From: an uncultured Clostridia bacterium | Lineage (GTDB): Bacteria > Bacillota > Clostridia > TANB77 > CAG-465 | Direction of reading: 5' to 3' | Length of the DNA: 64,000 nt | Assembly (NCBI GenBank): GCA_944386605.1 | Contig: CALXBS010000002.1 | Span: forward strand, 6,551-70,550 | Shown: positions 1-9,573 of the stretch, in pieces | Numbering within the stretch: position 1 is the first letter of the stretch | Layout of the letters: every line of letters begins with the position of its first letter | The notes under the pieces: generated by a model | Seen by the model: the letters and a program-made list of their open reading frames with translations, nothing else | What the model was told of the DNA's origin: nothing | Databases searched by the model: none | Translations under genes and position numbers: made by a program

Positions 1-319
1 TCTGCTTATGAATTCCATTCTCTTCTTGCAATACTTTGGTATATCCAAATCCATAAACTAGATTATAATCTTTATCATAAATCCCTTCAAATTTTTCACC
101 TGGCTCAAAACTAATCCAATCATTACACCAATTGGTTAGTTTAAATCCTTGGCTATTTTTAAAATAGGTATACACGGTACCATAGCTAGATACTACAGTA
201 CCAAACCTTTTATTTGCCATTACATTGCTCCAAGGAAGCGGTGTATTCGTATTTAAAATATGATATTCATCGCCATCTTGTGTAAATCCGCCATATGAAT
301 TAAAGGCAATATATTTCAT
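1..319 (-). CDS. GH94-family glycoside phosphorylase (cellobiose / 1,2-beta-oligoglucan phosphorylase-like), N-terminal 106 codons only; the gene runs off the window
   Basis: My translation of the minus strand from ATG at 319: MKYIAFNSYGGFTQDGDEYHILNTNTPLPWSNVMANKRFGTVVSSYG... This matches the conserved GH94 N-terminal pattern (M-K-F-G-x-F ... EY-x-I ... TP-x-PW-x-N). GGAGG lies upstream. Not in the supplied ORF track because it is truncated at the edge. Confidence 0.6.
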   Translation of the reverse strand, partial: MKYIAFNSYGGFTQDGDEYHILNTNTPLPWSNVMANKRFGTVVSSYGTVYTYFKNSQGFKLTNWCNDWISFEPGEKFEGIYDKDYNLVYGFGYTKVLQEENGIHKQ

Positions 320-339
320 AGATTCTAAACTATACTTAC

Positions 340-3300
340 TCAAACCTTCTCCTCCTTTACATTAGGATTTGTTTTTTTCTGTTCTAAAAGTTCTAATGCA
401 CTTTCCTCACTTTTACTATCATTTACTTCAAAACATAAAAACTCTGAAATATCTTGAATATATCTTCTTGATAAGAAAGTAAGTAAAGTAACTTCTTGTT
501 TTGTTAAAGCAGTAATATTTAAAATATATATGTTTCCTTTACTTTGTTCCATATAAACTGCTCTATCTAGTCTTGTCTTTACATAGGTATAAACAGGACC
601 GTTTTGTTTTTGTGGTTCATTTATTAGTATAATTACATCTATGTCTATTTTTCTATTTTTAACGTAATCCATAAAGTTTATCACTTCATTAATAATGCCT
701 GCATCTTCAATTTTATTAATATGTACTAAAATAATCGGTAAATCACCAGAAATAGAATATTTCCAAAGTAGAGATTGATCAAAAGTTTCATTCCAAAATA
801 CTTCATCTTCCTGTACAGGCTTTTTAATAAGTGCATCTTTAATAATATTATTATATACTTCTGCACGTGTTGGTTCTAATTTTAAATACCTTGCTACAAC
901 ACTATTTAATTCTGTTGTCAATTTATATTGATCCTCTATTCCATCTTTATCTAAATTGATAACTGCATTTGAAATCTTATATTTATTATCTGCGGCACCT
1001 AGAATGTAATAGAATTCTTGCCTTTCATAAGGTTCTAAAATGATATTGGCACGATAAGAAAGTACTGGCCATAATGGATACTGAACAATATTTTCATCAT
1101 ATGCATGCTCATCATTTTTATATAGCTTTTGCTTTTCCGTCTCTACTTCTTTTTCTAAGTCTATTCCTACTAATTTTGAATATACATACAAAGGCTCATC
1201 ATTTTCGTTTTTCTTTCTTTTGCTTGCTATCAAAACATCTAAATCCTTATGATAAGTAGTTTCAATTTGTAAATTACTAAAAGATGGATGAACGACATTT
1301 GTCATGTAATCGGTCATCGCAGGTTCCATATAGGTATTAATAACTACTTCCCTTTTTTGGTTACTATTATTATAAACACTTACCTTTTTGATCTCTGCAT
1401 TAAATTCTGGAGAAATAAAAATGGTTGTATTAACTTCTAGAGCACCCGCTATAATCTCACATTTGATATCATTAAGAGAACTAACCCATTTACATTTTTG
1501 TGTATTTTGATTAAATTTACTATGAATATTACAATCTGTTACTGAAATAGTATTACCAGTCGTTCTATCTGTTAAGTAAATATAGTTTCCTGTATTTTCT
1601 AAATCTGTGTAACGTTGTCTATTTAAAATTTTATCTTTATATTTTAAAAAACTTGCTCCATTATTAGTAATCATCGTTGTTAAATTAGAACCTTTTAAAA
1701 ATGCAATATTTAATTTATAACTTGCATCGTTTGGTGTAATATACTTTTTATCTGCATATGTATAACTAACATACGTTGTATATTTTTGATAATCATTTTG
1801 TTTAAAGATATTTTCTCTTACCTTTATCGTTTTCTTCTTAATATTTGCTTCTAAGATTTCTCTTTCTTTTAACAATATCTCACATGCTTTAATACTTGGA
1901 TTCGTGTGAAATCTATCTTTAATAATGTCATGATTAAAATAATTATTAATTGCAGTTAGTATCATTCCTTGATGATGTGCCATATAAGTTTTTATAATTT
2001 CATGATTCATACTTTCATGTAAGTGTTCTTTTGTAAAATCAATTGATTCATAAAAACCATAAGAAGAATAAAGCCCCATTTTTTTCATTCTTTTTAAATT
2101 TTGATATACTTCTGTAGGTGCTACCTCTAACATTAAAATAGAAGCATAAGGTGCTACAACAAGTTCATTATTTAGCCCTCTTTTTAATCCTAACCAAGGA
2201 ATTCCAAATGCTTTATACTGATAGTTTAATTCATCATCTTTTACAGCAAAAGCAGATTCTGATATTCCCCAAGGTACTTCATTTATTTTTGCATATTTTA
2301 ACTGACTATATTTTGTAAAAAACAACGATTGATCAATTAATGTATGCTCATAAGATCTCATAAATAAATTTGGCATAAAATATTCAAAAGCAGTTCCACT
2401 CCATGAAAGTAGTCCTTTATAACGATCAAATCCAACAAAATTTCTTCCTAAAGCAAACCAATGCTTAGAAGTAATCTGTCTTGTAGAAATGGCAATTAAA
2501 CTTGTTGTTCTACTTTCTGACATTAACATATCGTAATAACTATCCACTAATTCTCCATCTTCTACTGAATAACCAATAGAAAACAAATTACGAGATGAAT
2601 TATATAGTACCGTATAATCAACCGCTTCTATAATATGATTTGTAATGTCTAATAAGCCATCAATTCTTTCCTGATATTCTACTGAAAAGTTTTCTTTGCT
2701 ATAGGTCTTATCTTTTTTCAAATCCTCTAAAAATTCTTTTGCTATATAAAGACAAGTAATAAAATTACCACTATCTACAGTTGATACAAACCTTGGTCTT
2801 AAAGGTTCTAATGTTTTAATATTATACCAATTATATAAATGACCATTCCAAGTTTCTAACTTTTCAATAGTATTATAAATATTTTCTAATCTTGTAATCA
2901 TATCGGATTTAGAAATAAAATTTAAATCATACGCATTGATAATAGATAAAATTCCAAATCCTATATTGGTAGAAGAAGTCCTATTGACAATTTTATTTCT
3001 TCTATTTTCTTGAAAATTATCGGTTGGTAAATAATTGTTAGCAGGACTCATCATAATATCAAAAAAGGCCCATGTACGTTTTGCAACTTCCAAAATCTCC
3101 TCTTTTTGATCTTTTTCCAAGTCTTTTATCCTTCCAACCAAATGATCTTTCCCTAATAAATAAGCAAACATTGGTGCAATGATATAAAAAATAGCTACAA
3201 AATATTTAAAATTAAATAAAACAATTTCTCTTGTATTGGTAGCTTGTGGACAGATTAGTAAAAATAATCCGATAACTACATTAATCCACATATTAGAATA

Positions 3301-5967
3301 ATAATAAGATAATGTGCTTTTTGAAGATTTTTGTAACATTTCTCCTGTCGTCCACTGTAACAATTTCCTTTTTGAGATGATCATTCTATAAATAGATAAA
3401 GTAAATGCACTAAGACAAGTATATGCTGAATATGGTACTGTAATAAAGTCAAAACACATGGTAAGTAAAGTAGCACTAACTCCATGAATAATTGGAATAT
3501 ATTGCAATTCTTTTTTATACCTTACTTTACCAAATATAAGCATGTCAATAATAGACAATAAATGTCCAAAATTTAATGCTACAAAAGAAAGTAATGTTGT
3601 CACAATAAATGCATTATTGGATACAAACATAGATAAAATGATTGCTATCACAATCGATACATTTAATAATGGTCTTCTAATATTATCTAGTATCTTCCAT
3701 TTGGATAGCAAATTTAATTTTGATTTTGGACTAAGTAACCAACGTATAATTTGCATATCTCCTCTATACCATCGATGATTTCTTTTCATATAAGCAATAT
3801 AATTAGTTGGAAAACCGTCTTGTAATTCAATATCAGAGGCAAGCCCTACTTTCATAAAGCAACCTTCTAATAAATCATGACTTAATACTAGATTTTCCGG
3901 AATTTCTTTTGCTAATAATTCTTCAAATAACCTAATATCATAAATTCCTTTTCCACAAAAAATCGCTTCTTGGAAAACATCTTGATATAAATTAGAAATT
4001 GCGTTTGTATAAATATCTAAGCCACCAACACCACCGAATATTTTAGAGAAAATACTCTTATTAGCTGCTTCTATATCTAAACCAATAGATGGTTGTATCA
4101 AACCATAACCTTTTTTAACAAACTTTTTATTTTTCGATAATACTGGTTGATTTAGTGGATGTGCAATAATTGCAACTAATTCTTTAGCAGTATTTAAAGA
4201 TAACTCACTATCTTCATCTAGTGTTATTGCATATTTTGCTGGAATGATATCATCATAAGTAAGATACATAATTTTATCTATTTCTTCTTTACTTAATTTT
4301 CCAAGAATCAGTTTATTAAACTGAGAAAGTGCGCCTCTTTTTCTTTCCCATCCCATATAACATTTTTCGCCTTTGGAATAAACACGTTTTCGGTAAATAA
4401 AATTAAAAATTTTATGCTCAGAATCATATTTTTCATTTAATTCATCTAGTCTTGCTTTAGCATAAGAAACAATTCTTTTATCAATTTCTAAAAATTCCTT
4501 ATCACTAGAGATACAGTCCCCTAGTAACATATAATACATATTCTCTGTACGATTAGATAAATAGGTTACTTCCATTTTATGAATCATTTCATCTAGTTTT
4601 TCAATAGAGGAAATAATTGTTGGCATGACAACATAAGTAGGATACTTTTTATCCACCGTTTTATCAAAATCAAATCTAGGAAGTGCCTTAGGAGATACTA
4701 ATTTTTGCGTAATATTTGATACCAATTTATCCGCTATTTCTAATGAAAATCCAAAACCAATGACATAGAATATAACATCTAATATTGTATTTTCAGTATG
4801 AATAAACTTTCCACCAACAAAATAAGTAATTATAGTAGCAATTAATACTAAAGTAAAAATATAAACAAATGGTAAAGCAGGTTTTATTACTTTATAAAAA
4901 ATCTTATCTGCAAGATCCGATTTTCCAAGTTCCTGTTTTAACAAACATTTCTCTTCATCTACCAAAAAGAAACCTACATGTTTTTTATATTTAATAGAAC
5001 ACTCAACCGCTTTTTTAGCGACATATGCTTCTGAAAGATTGTATTTTTTAGCAAGTGAAATAATATACTTTCTATATCTTTCTTTTGTTTTATAATCACA
5101 TTTTTTAAACTCATTGGTATAATCTTTCTTTAACGTATCATCAATTTTATTTACTTTTTCAAAAATTTCTCTAAAATTTAATCCCTGCAATTGTTTATAT
5201 GCTAAAATTGCTCTTCCAATGTAATCCGTTGTCTTTGCAATTTCCATATGCTCTTTTACAATTGCTTCCTCTACCGTAAATCCTATTTTATCAGCTTCCT
5301 CTGTTAAAATATTAAAATAGGTTTGCCCCTTTGCTCCAAGTTCTTTTAAACGATAAGCCAAATATTCTACCAAAGCTGTATTAGTCGTTTTAATTTTCGT
5401 ATTATCATATAACCCAGAAATATTAAATCCTCTAAAGAATTTAAAATCATTATATAATTCTTTTACCATTTTATTCTCAGATAAATGATTATGAGATAAT
5501 AACTTTTCTACATCTATTTTCTTCATCTGAGAATTTGAGATATTTAAACAAATTCTAGCAATAAATTTTAGTAATGCAATTTTTAACATTAAAACAAATA
5601 AGTCTAATTCTTCTGAAGTTAAATAGGATACTTTTTGGTATTCATGCAAACAATTATAAATCAGATTTCTATCCACATAACCTGTATTTTTTTCTATTAA
5701 CTCATAAGCAAGTAAATAGATACGAATACTTTTATTTCCATCACTTGTTTGAACCAGTGTAAACTTTTTATGTTTTAAATCATGACTACATTTTTTGATT
5801 TCTTCATATTGTTGTTCTATAATGTACATATTATCTAAAATCCACTGACCAGCGGAATGAATTTGTAATTTCATATCATAAGATTTTTCTAATATTTTGT
5901 ATGTTTTTAGTATGATTTTATAATTCTTATCTGCTTCGTTAAAAACCGTACTTAATGAACTTTTCAT
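340..5967 (-). CDS. cyclic beta-1,2-glucan synthase-like giant membrane protein (N-terminal domain, TM block, glycosyltransferase domain, second TM block, C-terminal GH94 glucan phosphorylase-like domain), 1875 aa
   Basis: Two hydrophobic multi-helix blocks sit around residues 360-410 and 800-1000. A GT-like segment lies between them. The C-terminal approximately 850 aa carries GH94-like catalytic-domain motifs (WNGHLYNWYNIKTLEPLRPRFVSTVDSGNF; HHQGMILTAINNYF). The architecture resembles NdvB/ChvB/Cgs. Confidence 0.55.
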   Translation of the reverse strand: MKSSLSTVFNEADKNYKIILKTYKILEKSYDMKLQIHSAGQWILDNMYIIEQQYEEIKKCSHDLKHKKFTLVQTSDGNKSIRIYLLAYELIEKNTGYVDRNLIYNCLHEYQKVSYLTSEELDLFVLMLKIALLKFIARICLNISNSQMKKIDVEKLLSHNHLSENKMVKELYNDFKFFRGFNISGLYDNTKIKTTNTALVEYLAYRLKELGAKGQTYFNILTEEADKIGFTVEEAIVKEHMEIAKTTDYIGRAILAYKQLQGLNFREIFEKVNKIDDTLKKDYTNEFKKCDYKTKERYRKYIISLAKKYNLSEAYVAKKAVECSIKYKKHVGFFLVDEEKCLLKQELGKSDLADKIFYKVIKPALPFVYIFTLVLIATIITYFVGGKFIHTENTILDVIFYVIGFGFSLEIADKLVSNITQKLVSPKALPRFDFDKTVDKKYPTYVVMPTIISSIEKLDEMIHKMEVTYLSNRTENMYYMLLGDCISSDKEFLEIDKRIVSYAKARLDELNEKYDSEHKIFNFIYRKRVYSKGEKCYMGWERKRGALSQFNKLILGKLSKEEIDKIMYLTYDDIIPAKYAITLDEDSELSLNTAKELVAIIAHPLNQPVLSKNKKFVKKGYGLIQPSIGLDIEAANKSIFSKIFGGVGGLDIYTNAISNLYQDVFQEAIFCGKGIYDIRLFEELLAKEIPENLVLSHDLLEGCFMKVGLASDIELQDGFPTNYIAYMKRNHRWYRGDMQIIRWLLSPKSKLNLLSKWKILDNIRRPLLNVSIVIAIILSMFVSNNAFIVTTLLSFVALNFGHLLSIIDMLIFGKVRYKKELQYIPIIHGVSATLLTMCFDFITVPYSAYTCLSAFTLSIYRMIISKRKLLQWTTGEMLQKSSKSTLSYYYSNMWINVVIGLFLLICPQATNTREIVLFNFKYFVAIFYIIAPMFAYLLGKDHLVGRIKDLEKDQKEEILEVAKRTWAFFDIMMSPANNYLPTDNFQENRRNKIVNRTSSTNIGFGILSIINAYDLNFISKSDMITRLENIYNTIEKLETWNGHLYNWYNIKTLEPLRPRFVSTVDSGNFITCLYIAKEFLEDLKKDKTYSKENFSVEYQERIDGLLDITNHIIEAVDYTVLYNSSRNLFSIGYSVEDGELVDSYYDMLMSESRTTSLIAISTRQITSKHWFALGRNFVGFDRYKGLLSWSGTAFEYFMPNLFMRSYEHTLIDQSLFFTKYSQLKYAKINEVPWGISESAFAVKDDELNYQYKAFGIPWLGLKRGLNNELVVAPYASILMLEVAPTEVYQNLKRMKKMGLYSSYGFYESIDFTKEHLHESMNHEIIKTYMAHHQGMILTAINNYFNHDIIKDRFHTNPSIKACEILLKEREILEANIKKKTIKVRENIFKQNDYQKYTTYVSYTYADKKYITPNDASYKLNIAFLKGSNLTTMITNNGASFLKYKDKILNRQRYTDLENTGNYIYLTDRTTGNTISVTDCNIHSKFNQNTQKCKWVSSLNDIKCEIIAGALEVNTTIFISPEFNAEIKKVSVYNNSNQKREVVINTYMEPAMTDYMTNVVHPSFSNLQIETTYHKDLDVLIASKRKKNENDEPLYVYSKLVGIDLEKEVETEKQKLYKNDEHAYDENIVQYPLWPVLSYRANIILEPYERQEFYYILGAADNKYKISNAVINLDKDGIEDQYKLTTELNSVVARYLKLEPTRAEVYNNIIKDALIKKPVQEDEVFWNETFDQSLLWKYSISGDLPIILVHINKIEDAGIINEVINFMDYVKNRKIDIDVIILINEPQKQNGPVYTYVKTRLDRAVYMEQSKGNIYILNITALTKQEVTLLTFLSRRYIQDISEFLCFEVNDSKSEESALELLEQKKTNPNVKEEKV

Positions 5968-6134
5968 CTTCTATATCCAACCTTTCTTATATATTTTATC
6001 CTATACACCACGATTATATAATAAAAAGGATTAATTTGCAACACGAAAAAAATATATTTAACGCAATTTTTGTCTTTTAATATAGTATATGTCGATTTAT
6101 TATTTTTAATAAATTTTAGCAAATGAAAAAGATC

Positions 6135-6178
6135 AAAAAAAGAGTAAAGCCATATATAAACTTTACCCTTTCTTTTTA
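6135..6178 (-). terminator. rho-independent terminator downstream of typA (A-run, imperfect 9-bp stem, T-run; could act on both strands)
   Basis: aaaaaaagagtaaag-ccatatataaa-ctttaccctttcttttt. Confidence 0.45.
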
Positions 6179-7990
6179 TTACTTTTTAATAGATCTATAT
6201 CTTAATGTTGGATCTAATATTTTCTTTCTTAATCTAATATTTTCTGGTGTAATCTCTACTAGTTCATCGTCTCCAATAAATTCTAATGATTGCTCTAAGC
6301 TCATTTTCTTTGGTGGTACTAATTTTAAAGCATCATCACTTCCAGAAGCTCTTGTATTAGTTAAATGTTTTTCTTTGCAAACATTTACTGTTAAATCATC
6401 ACTTCTAGAATTTTCACCAACAATCATACCAGCATATACTAATGTACCAGGAGTAATAAATAAAGTAGATCTTTCTTGCGCTTGGAACAATCCATAACCA
6501 GTTGCCTTTCCTTGTTCGAATGCAATAACTGCTCCTCTTTGTCTTGTTTCCATATCTCCTTTGTATGGAGCATATCCAGCAAAAGTATGGTTCATAATAC
6601 CATTTCCTTTTGTATCAGTTAAAAATTCTCCTCTATAGCCAATTAAACCACGAGATGGAATTTTAAATTCTAGTCTGCTATATCCGGCCTGAGAATTAGA
6701 GGCTGACATGTTAGTCATCTCACCTTTTCTTAAGCCGATTTTTTCCATAACTACTCCAACACACTCTTCTGGAACATCAATTACCAAATCTTCCATTGGT
6801 TCACATTTTACTCCATCGATTGTTTTAAAAATTACCTTTGGACGAGATACTAAAAGCTCAAATCCTTCTCTTCTCATATTTTCAATTAAAATAGATAAGT
6901 GTAATTCTCCTCTACCAGATACAATGAAACTATCTGCGCTATCCCCATCCTCTACTCTTAAAGAAACATTTTTTTCTAGCTCTTTATATAGTCTATCTCT
7001 TAAATGTCTTGATGTAACAAATTTTCCTTCTTTTCCAGCAAAAGGACCATTATTAACGCTAAATGTCATTGAAACAGTAGGTTCATCAATATCTACAAAA
7101 TCTATTTTTTCAGGATGTTCTATATCGGTAATTGTCTCTCCGATTTCAATCCCCTCTACTCCAGTAATAGCAATAATATCTCCACAATAAGCTTCTGGTA
7201 CTTCCACACGATTTAATCCAGAATAAGTATATAATTTTCCAATTTTCATATTTTGAATACTGCCATCTTTTTTACAAATTGCTATTTGAGAACCATTGGT
7301 AATTTTTCCTCTTTCAATTCTTCCGATTGCAATTCTTCCTGTATATTCATCATAATCTATATTAGAAACAAGTAATTGCAAAGGATCTTCTTGATTTCCT
7401 GCTGGTTCAGGAATGGTTTGAATAATTGTTTCAAATAATGGTTCTAAATCTTTATCTGGATCTTCTAAATGTAACTTTGCAAATCCATTTTTAGCAGACG
7501 CATATACTACTTTAAAATCTAACTGCTCATCAGTTGCATTTAAGTCCATAAATAGCTCTAATACTTCATCTACTACTTCTAAAGGTCTAGCACCTGGTCT
7601 ATCGATTTTATTGATAACAACAATTGGTACTAAATTTAAAGCAAGTGCCTTACTTAGCACAAATCTTGTTTGTGGCATTGCTCCGTCAAAAGCGTCTACA
7701 ACTAAAATAACGCCATCTACCATTTTTAATACACGTTCTACTTCTCCACCAAAGTCAGCATGTCCTGGTGTATCTACAATGTTAATTTTGATATCTTTAT
7801 ACTTAATCGCTGTATTTTTTGATAATATTGTAATGCCTCTTTCCTTTTCTATTTCATTAGAATCCATTACTCTTTCAGCAACTTGCTCATTTTCTCTAAA
7901 AGTTCCACTTTGTCTTAAAAGTGCGTCTACAAGAGTGGTTTTACCATGATCAACATGCGCAATAATTGCTACATTTCTTAAGTTTTTCAT
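6179..7990 (-). CDS. typA: translational GTPase TypA/BipA
   Basis: 603 aa. N-terminus AIIAHVDHGKTTLVDALL...DTPGHADFGGEVER...NKIDRPGARP is characteristic of the TypA translation-factor GTPase family. Confidence 0.93.
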   Translation of the reverse strand: MKNLRNVAIIAHVDHGKTTLVDALLRQSGTFRENEQVAERVMDSNEIEKERGITILSKNTAIKYKDIKINIVDTPGHADFGGEVERVLKMVDGVILVVDAFDGAMPQTRFVLSKALALNLVPIVVINKIDRPGARPLEVVDEVLELFMDLNATDEQLDFKVVYASAKNGFAKLHLEDPDKDLEPLFETIIQTIPEPAGNQEDPLQLLVSNIDYDEYTGRIAIGRIERGKITNGSQIAICKKDGSIQNMKIGKLYTYSGLNRVEVPEAYCGDIIAITGVEGIEIGETITDIEHPEKIDFVDIDEPTVSMTFSVNNGPFAGKEGKFVTSRHLRDRLYKELEKNVSLRVEDGDSADSFIVSGRGELHLSILIENMRREGFELLVSRPKVIFKTIDGVKCEPMEDLVIDVPEECVGVVMEKIGLRKGEMTNMSASNSQAGYSRLEFKIPSRGLIGYRGEFLTDTKGNGIMNHTFAGYAPYKGDMETRQRGAVIAFEQGKATGYGLFQAQERSTLFITPGTLVYAGMIVGENSRSDDLTVNVCKEKHLTNTRASGSDDALKLVPPKKMSLEQSLEFIGDDELVEITPENIRLRKKILDPTLRYRSIKK

Positions 7991-8109
7991 TTTATAACTT
8001 CCTTTCTTTTCATTTATCCATCAAAATATAACTTATCCAAAATCATTTATTTTCATATAACACCGAAATATTATAGCATTACTTGTCATAAAAGTCAAAT
8101 TTTTCGCTC

Positions 8110-8541
8110 TTAATCCGAAAAAATTTGGTTTAAAATTTTAAAGTCAGAAATTAATCTTTCCCTTTGCTCTGTATCAATTTCTTCCCACTTGTTTTTATAG
8201 CTTCTTTCTAAAAAATTATTTAACTCCATAATGGTAAGTCTTCCCTGTTTAGTTAAAGATACATCCACAACTCTTTCATCAAATTTTTTTCTTAGCCTTA
8301 AGGTATATCCTTTCTTTTCTAATCTTTTACACTGCGCAGACATATTCCCCGTATCCATACTCATAAGCTCACTTAGTTCGCCAATATTTAAACTCCCCTC
8401 TTCAAATAACACTGCTAGTATTTGGTATTGCAAATAGGTAATTTGATGTTTATAGCAAAGTGGTCTTAATGTCTCCATAATGCTATTCTCTAATTTTCTA
8501 TTTAATTTATCAATGGTATTTTTATATGTAATAAAATTCAT
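8110..8541 (-). CDS. MarR-family transcriptional regulator
   Basis: 143 aa winged-helix protein. Motif LTYLQYQILAVLFEEGSLNIGELSELMSMDTGNMSAQCKRLEKKGY...R...DERVV.V.LT..G is a typical MarR fold pattern. Confidence 0.8.
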   Translation of the reverse strand: MNFITYKNTIDKLNRKLENSIMETLRPLCYKHQITYLQYQILAVLFEEGSLNIGELSELMSMDTGNMSAQCKRLEKKGYTLRLRKKFDERVVDVSLTKQGRLTIMELNNFLERSYKNKWEEIDTEQRERLISDFKILNQIFSD

Positions 8542-8651
8542 ATGTTCCCTCCTAAAAATAGTAATGTTTCCTTACTATTATATGTACTTAACATATTATA
8601 TATTTTATATATTAATTTGTCAATACTTTCCCATAACAAAGCTCTACAAAT

Positions 8652-8680
8652 TTGAGTATATCTGCATTCTATGGTATAAT
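8652..8680 (+). promoter_or_regulatory. sigma-A-type promoter for the small gene at 8736 (-35 TTGAGT, 17-bp spacer, -10 TATAAT preceded by TGG)
   Basis: ttgagt at 8652-8657 and tataat at 8675-8680 read directly. It sits in the divergent intergenic region shared with the MarR gene. Confidence 0.5.
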
Positions 8681-8735
8681 ATAAATAGGTAAATGTTTTT
8701 TATACCTAATAATAATTTAAAGGAGGGTCAATTAA

Positions 8736-8921
8736 ATGATGATCCAGAAAATCAGAGAAACAAAGCAGCAGGTAAACGAGCTTCAAAAGCGGGGTTACGT
8801 AGTAACTCGCAAAAGATTTTTCACAAAAACTGCCGTATTCCGACTGGAACAGGCAGGCAAGTGCGATATTGCACTTGTAAAGGAAGACTTTCCGATATTC
8901 GGAATGCTCTTCGTACACTAA
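8736..8921 (+). CDS. hypothetical small basic protein (61 aa), a self-contained transcription unit; G/C-rich compared with flanks
   Basis: Strong RBS aaaggaggg sits 8 nt before ATG. The 61 codons end in TAA at 8919-8921, immediately followed by a GC-rich terminator. Alternative-frame ORFs 8693..9007(+) and 8706..8918(-) lack an RBS. Confidence 0.45.
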   Translation: MMIQKIRETKQQVNELQKRGYVVTRKRFFTKTAVFRLEQAGKCDIALVKEDFPIFGMLFVH

Positions 8922-8922
8922 T

Positions 8923-8948
8923 AGGAGGCCTTCGGGCCTTCCTTTTTG
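8923..8948 (+). terminator. rho-independent terminator of the small gene
   Basis: aggaggcc-ttcg-ggccttcc followed by ttttt. Confidence 0.7.
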
Positions 8949-8953
8949 GGCTT

Positions 8954-8983
8954 AAAAAAAGTGGCTATTTTAACCACTTTATT
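8954..8983 (-). terminator. rho-independent terminator of plsC
   Basis: A7-aagtgg-ctattttaa-ccactt-tatt. On the minus strand this is a stem followed by a T7 run directly after the plsC stop. Confidence 0.6.
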
Positions 8984-8985
8984 CT

Positions 8986-9573
8986 TTATATTTCCTCTTT
9001 TAACTGATAAATTTTATCTAATAATTCTTGCGAAAACTGCTCCAATTTTTCTTTATCCTTTACAATTTCTTTTGTTACATAAATGGGTTCCCCATAAATC
9101 ACATTTACTTTTGAAAATAATTTTACATTTTTAGTAATATACACAGGTACAATAGGAACATTTGCCTTGTATGCAATATAGGCTGCGCCAACTTTAGCAA
9201 CTCCTCTTTCCTCTTCTTTTTTAATTCTTCTTCCTTCTGGAAATATCAAAAGCTTACAACTTTCTTTATTTTTAAATAAATTAATTGCATGTAAGATACT
9301 TTTAATATCTTTTTCACCTCGATGAATTGGAAAAATATTACATTTTTTAAATAAATAGCCTACCAGTTTTATTTTAAATAATTCTGCTTTTGCCATCACA
9401 CAAATGTTTTTTGTCTTAGCATAAATCCATGTTGGTTCTAATGTATTAGAATGATTTGGACAAATTAAGCAACTAGATAATTTTTCCTCCTGCTCTTTAT
9501 GAGTAAACTTTACATGATATAAAATATGGCAAAACAAAATATTCATTACCCATTTTATAAAAGAAATCATCAT
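8986..9573 (-). CDS. plsC: 1-acyl-sn-glycerol-3-phosphate acyltransferase
   Basis: 195 aa with the acyltransferase H-box (CPNHSNTLEP) and the FPEGRR motif. The start overlaps the cmk stop by 4 nt. Confidence 0.85.
   Translation of the reverse strand: MMISFIKWVMNILFCHILYHVKFTHKEQEEKLSSCLICPNHSNTLEPTWIYAKTKNICVMAKAELFKIKLVGYLFKKCNIFPIHRGEKDIKSILHAINLFKNKESCKLLIFPEGRRIKKEEERGVAKVGAAYIAYKANVPIVPVYITKNVKLFSKVNVIYGEPIYVTKEIVKDKEKLEQFSQELLDKIYQLKEEI

Noticed and set aside
6123-7949. Plus-strand ORFs 6123..6497, 6708..7190 and 7611..7949 overlapping typA
   Set aside because: They lie antisense to a highly conserved translation factor gene, have low-complexity Ser/Thr/Ile-rich translations and no RBS. 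They are shadow ORFs.
8693-9007. Alternative-frame ORFs 8693..9007(+), 8706..8918(-) and 8946..9134(+) over the small-gene and terminator region
   Set aside because: No RBS. They cross two terminator hairpins. The 61-aa frame with its aaaggaggg RBS is the only one with translation signals.
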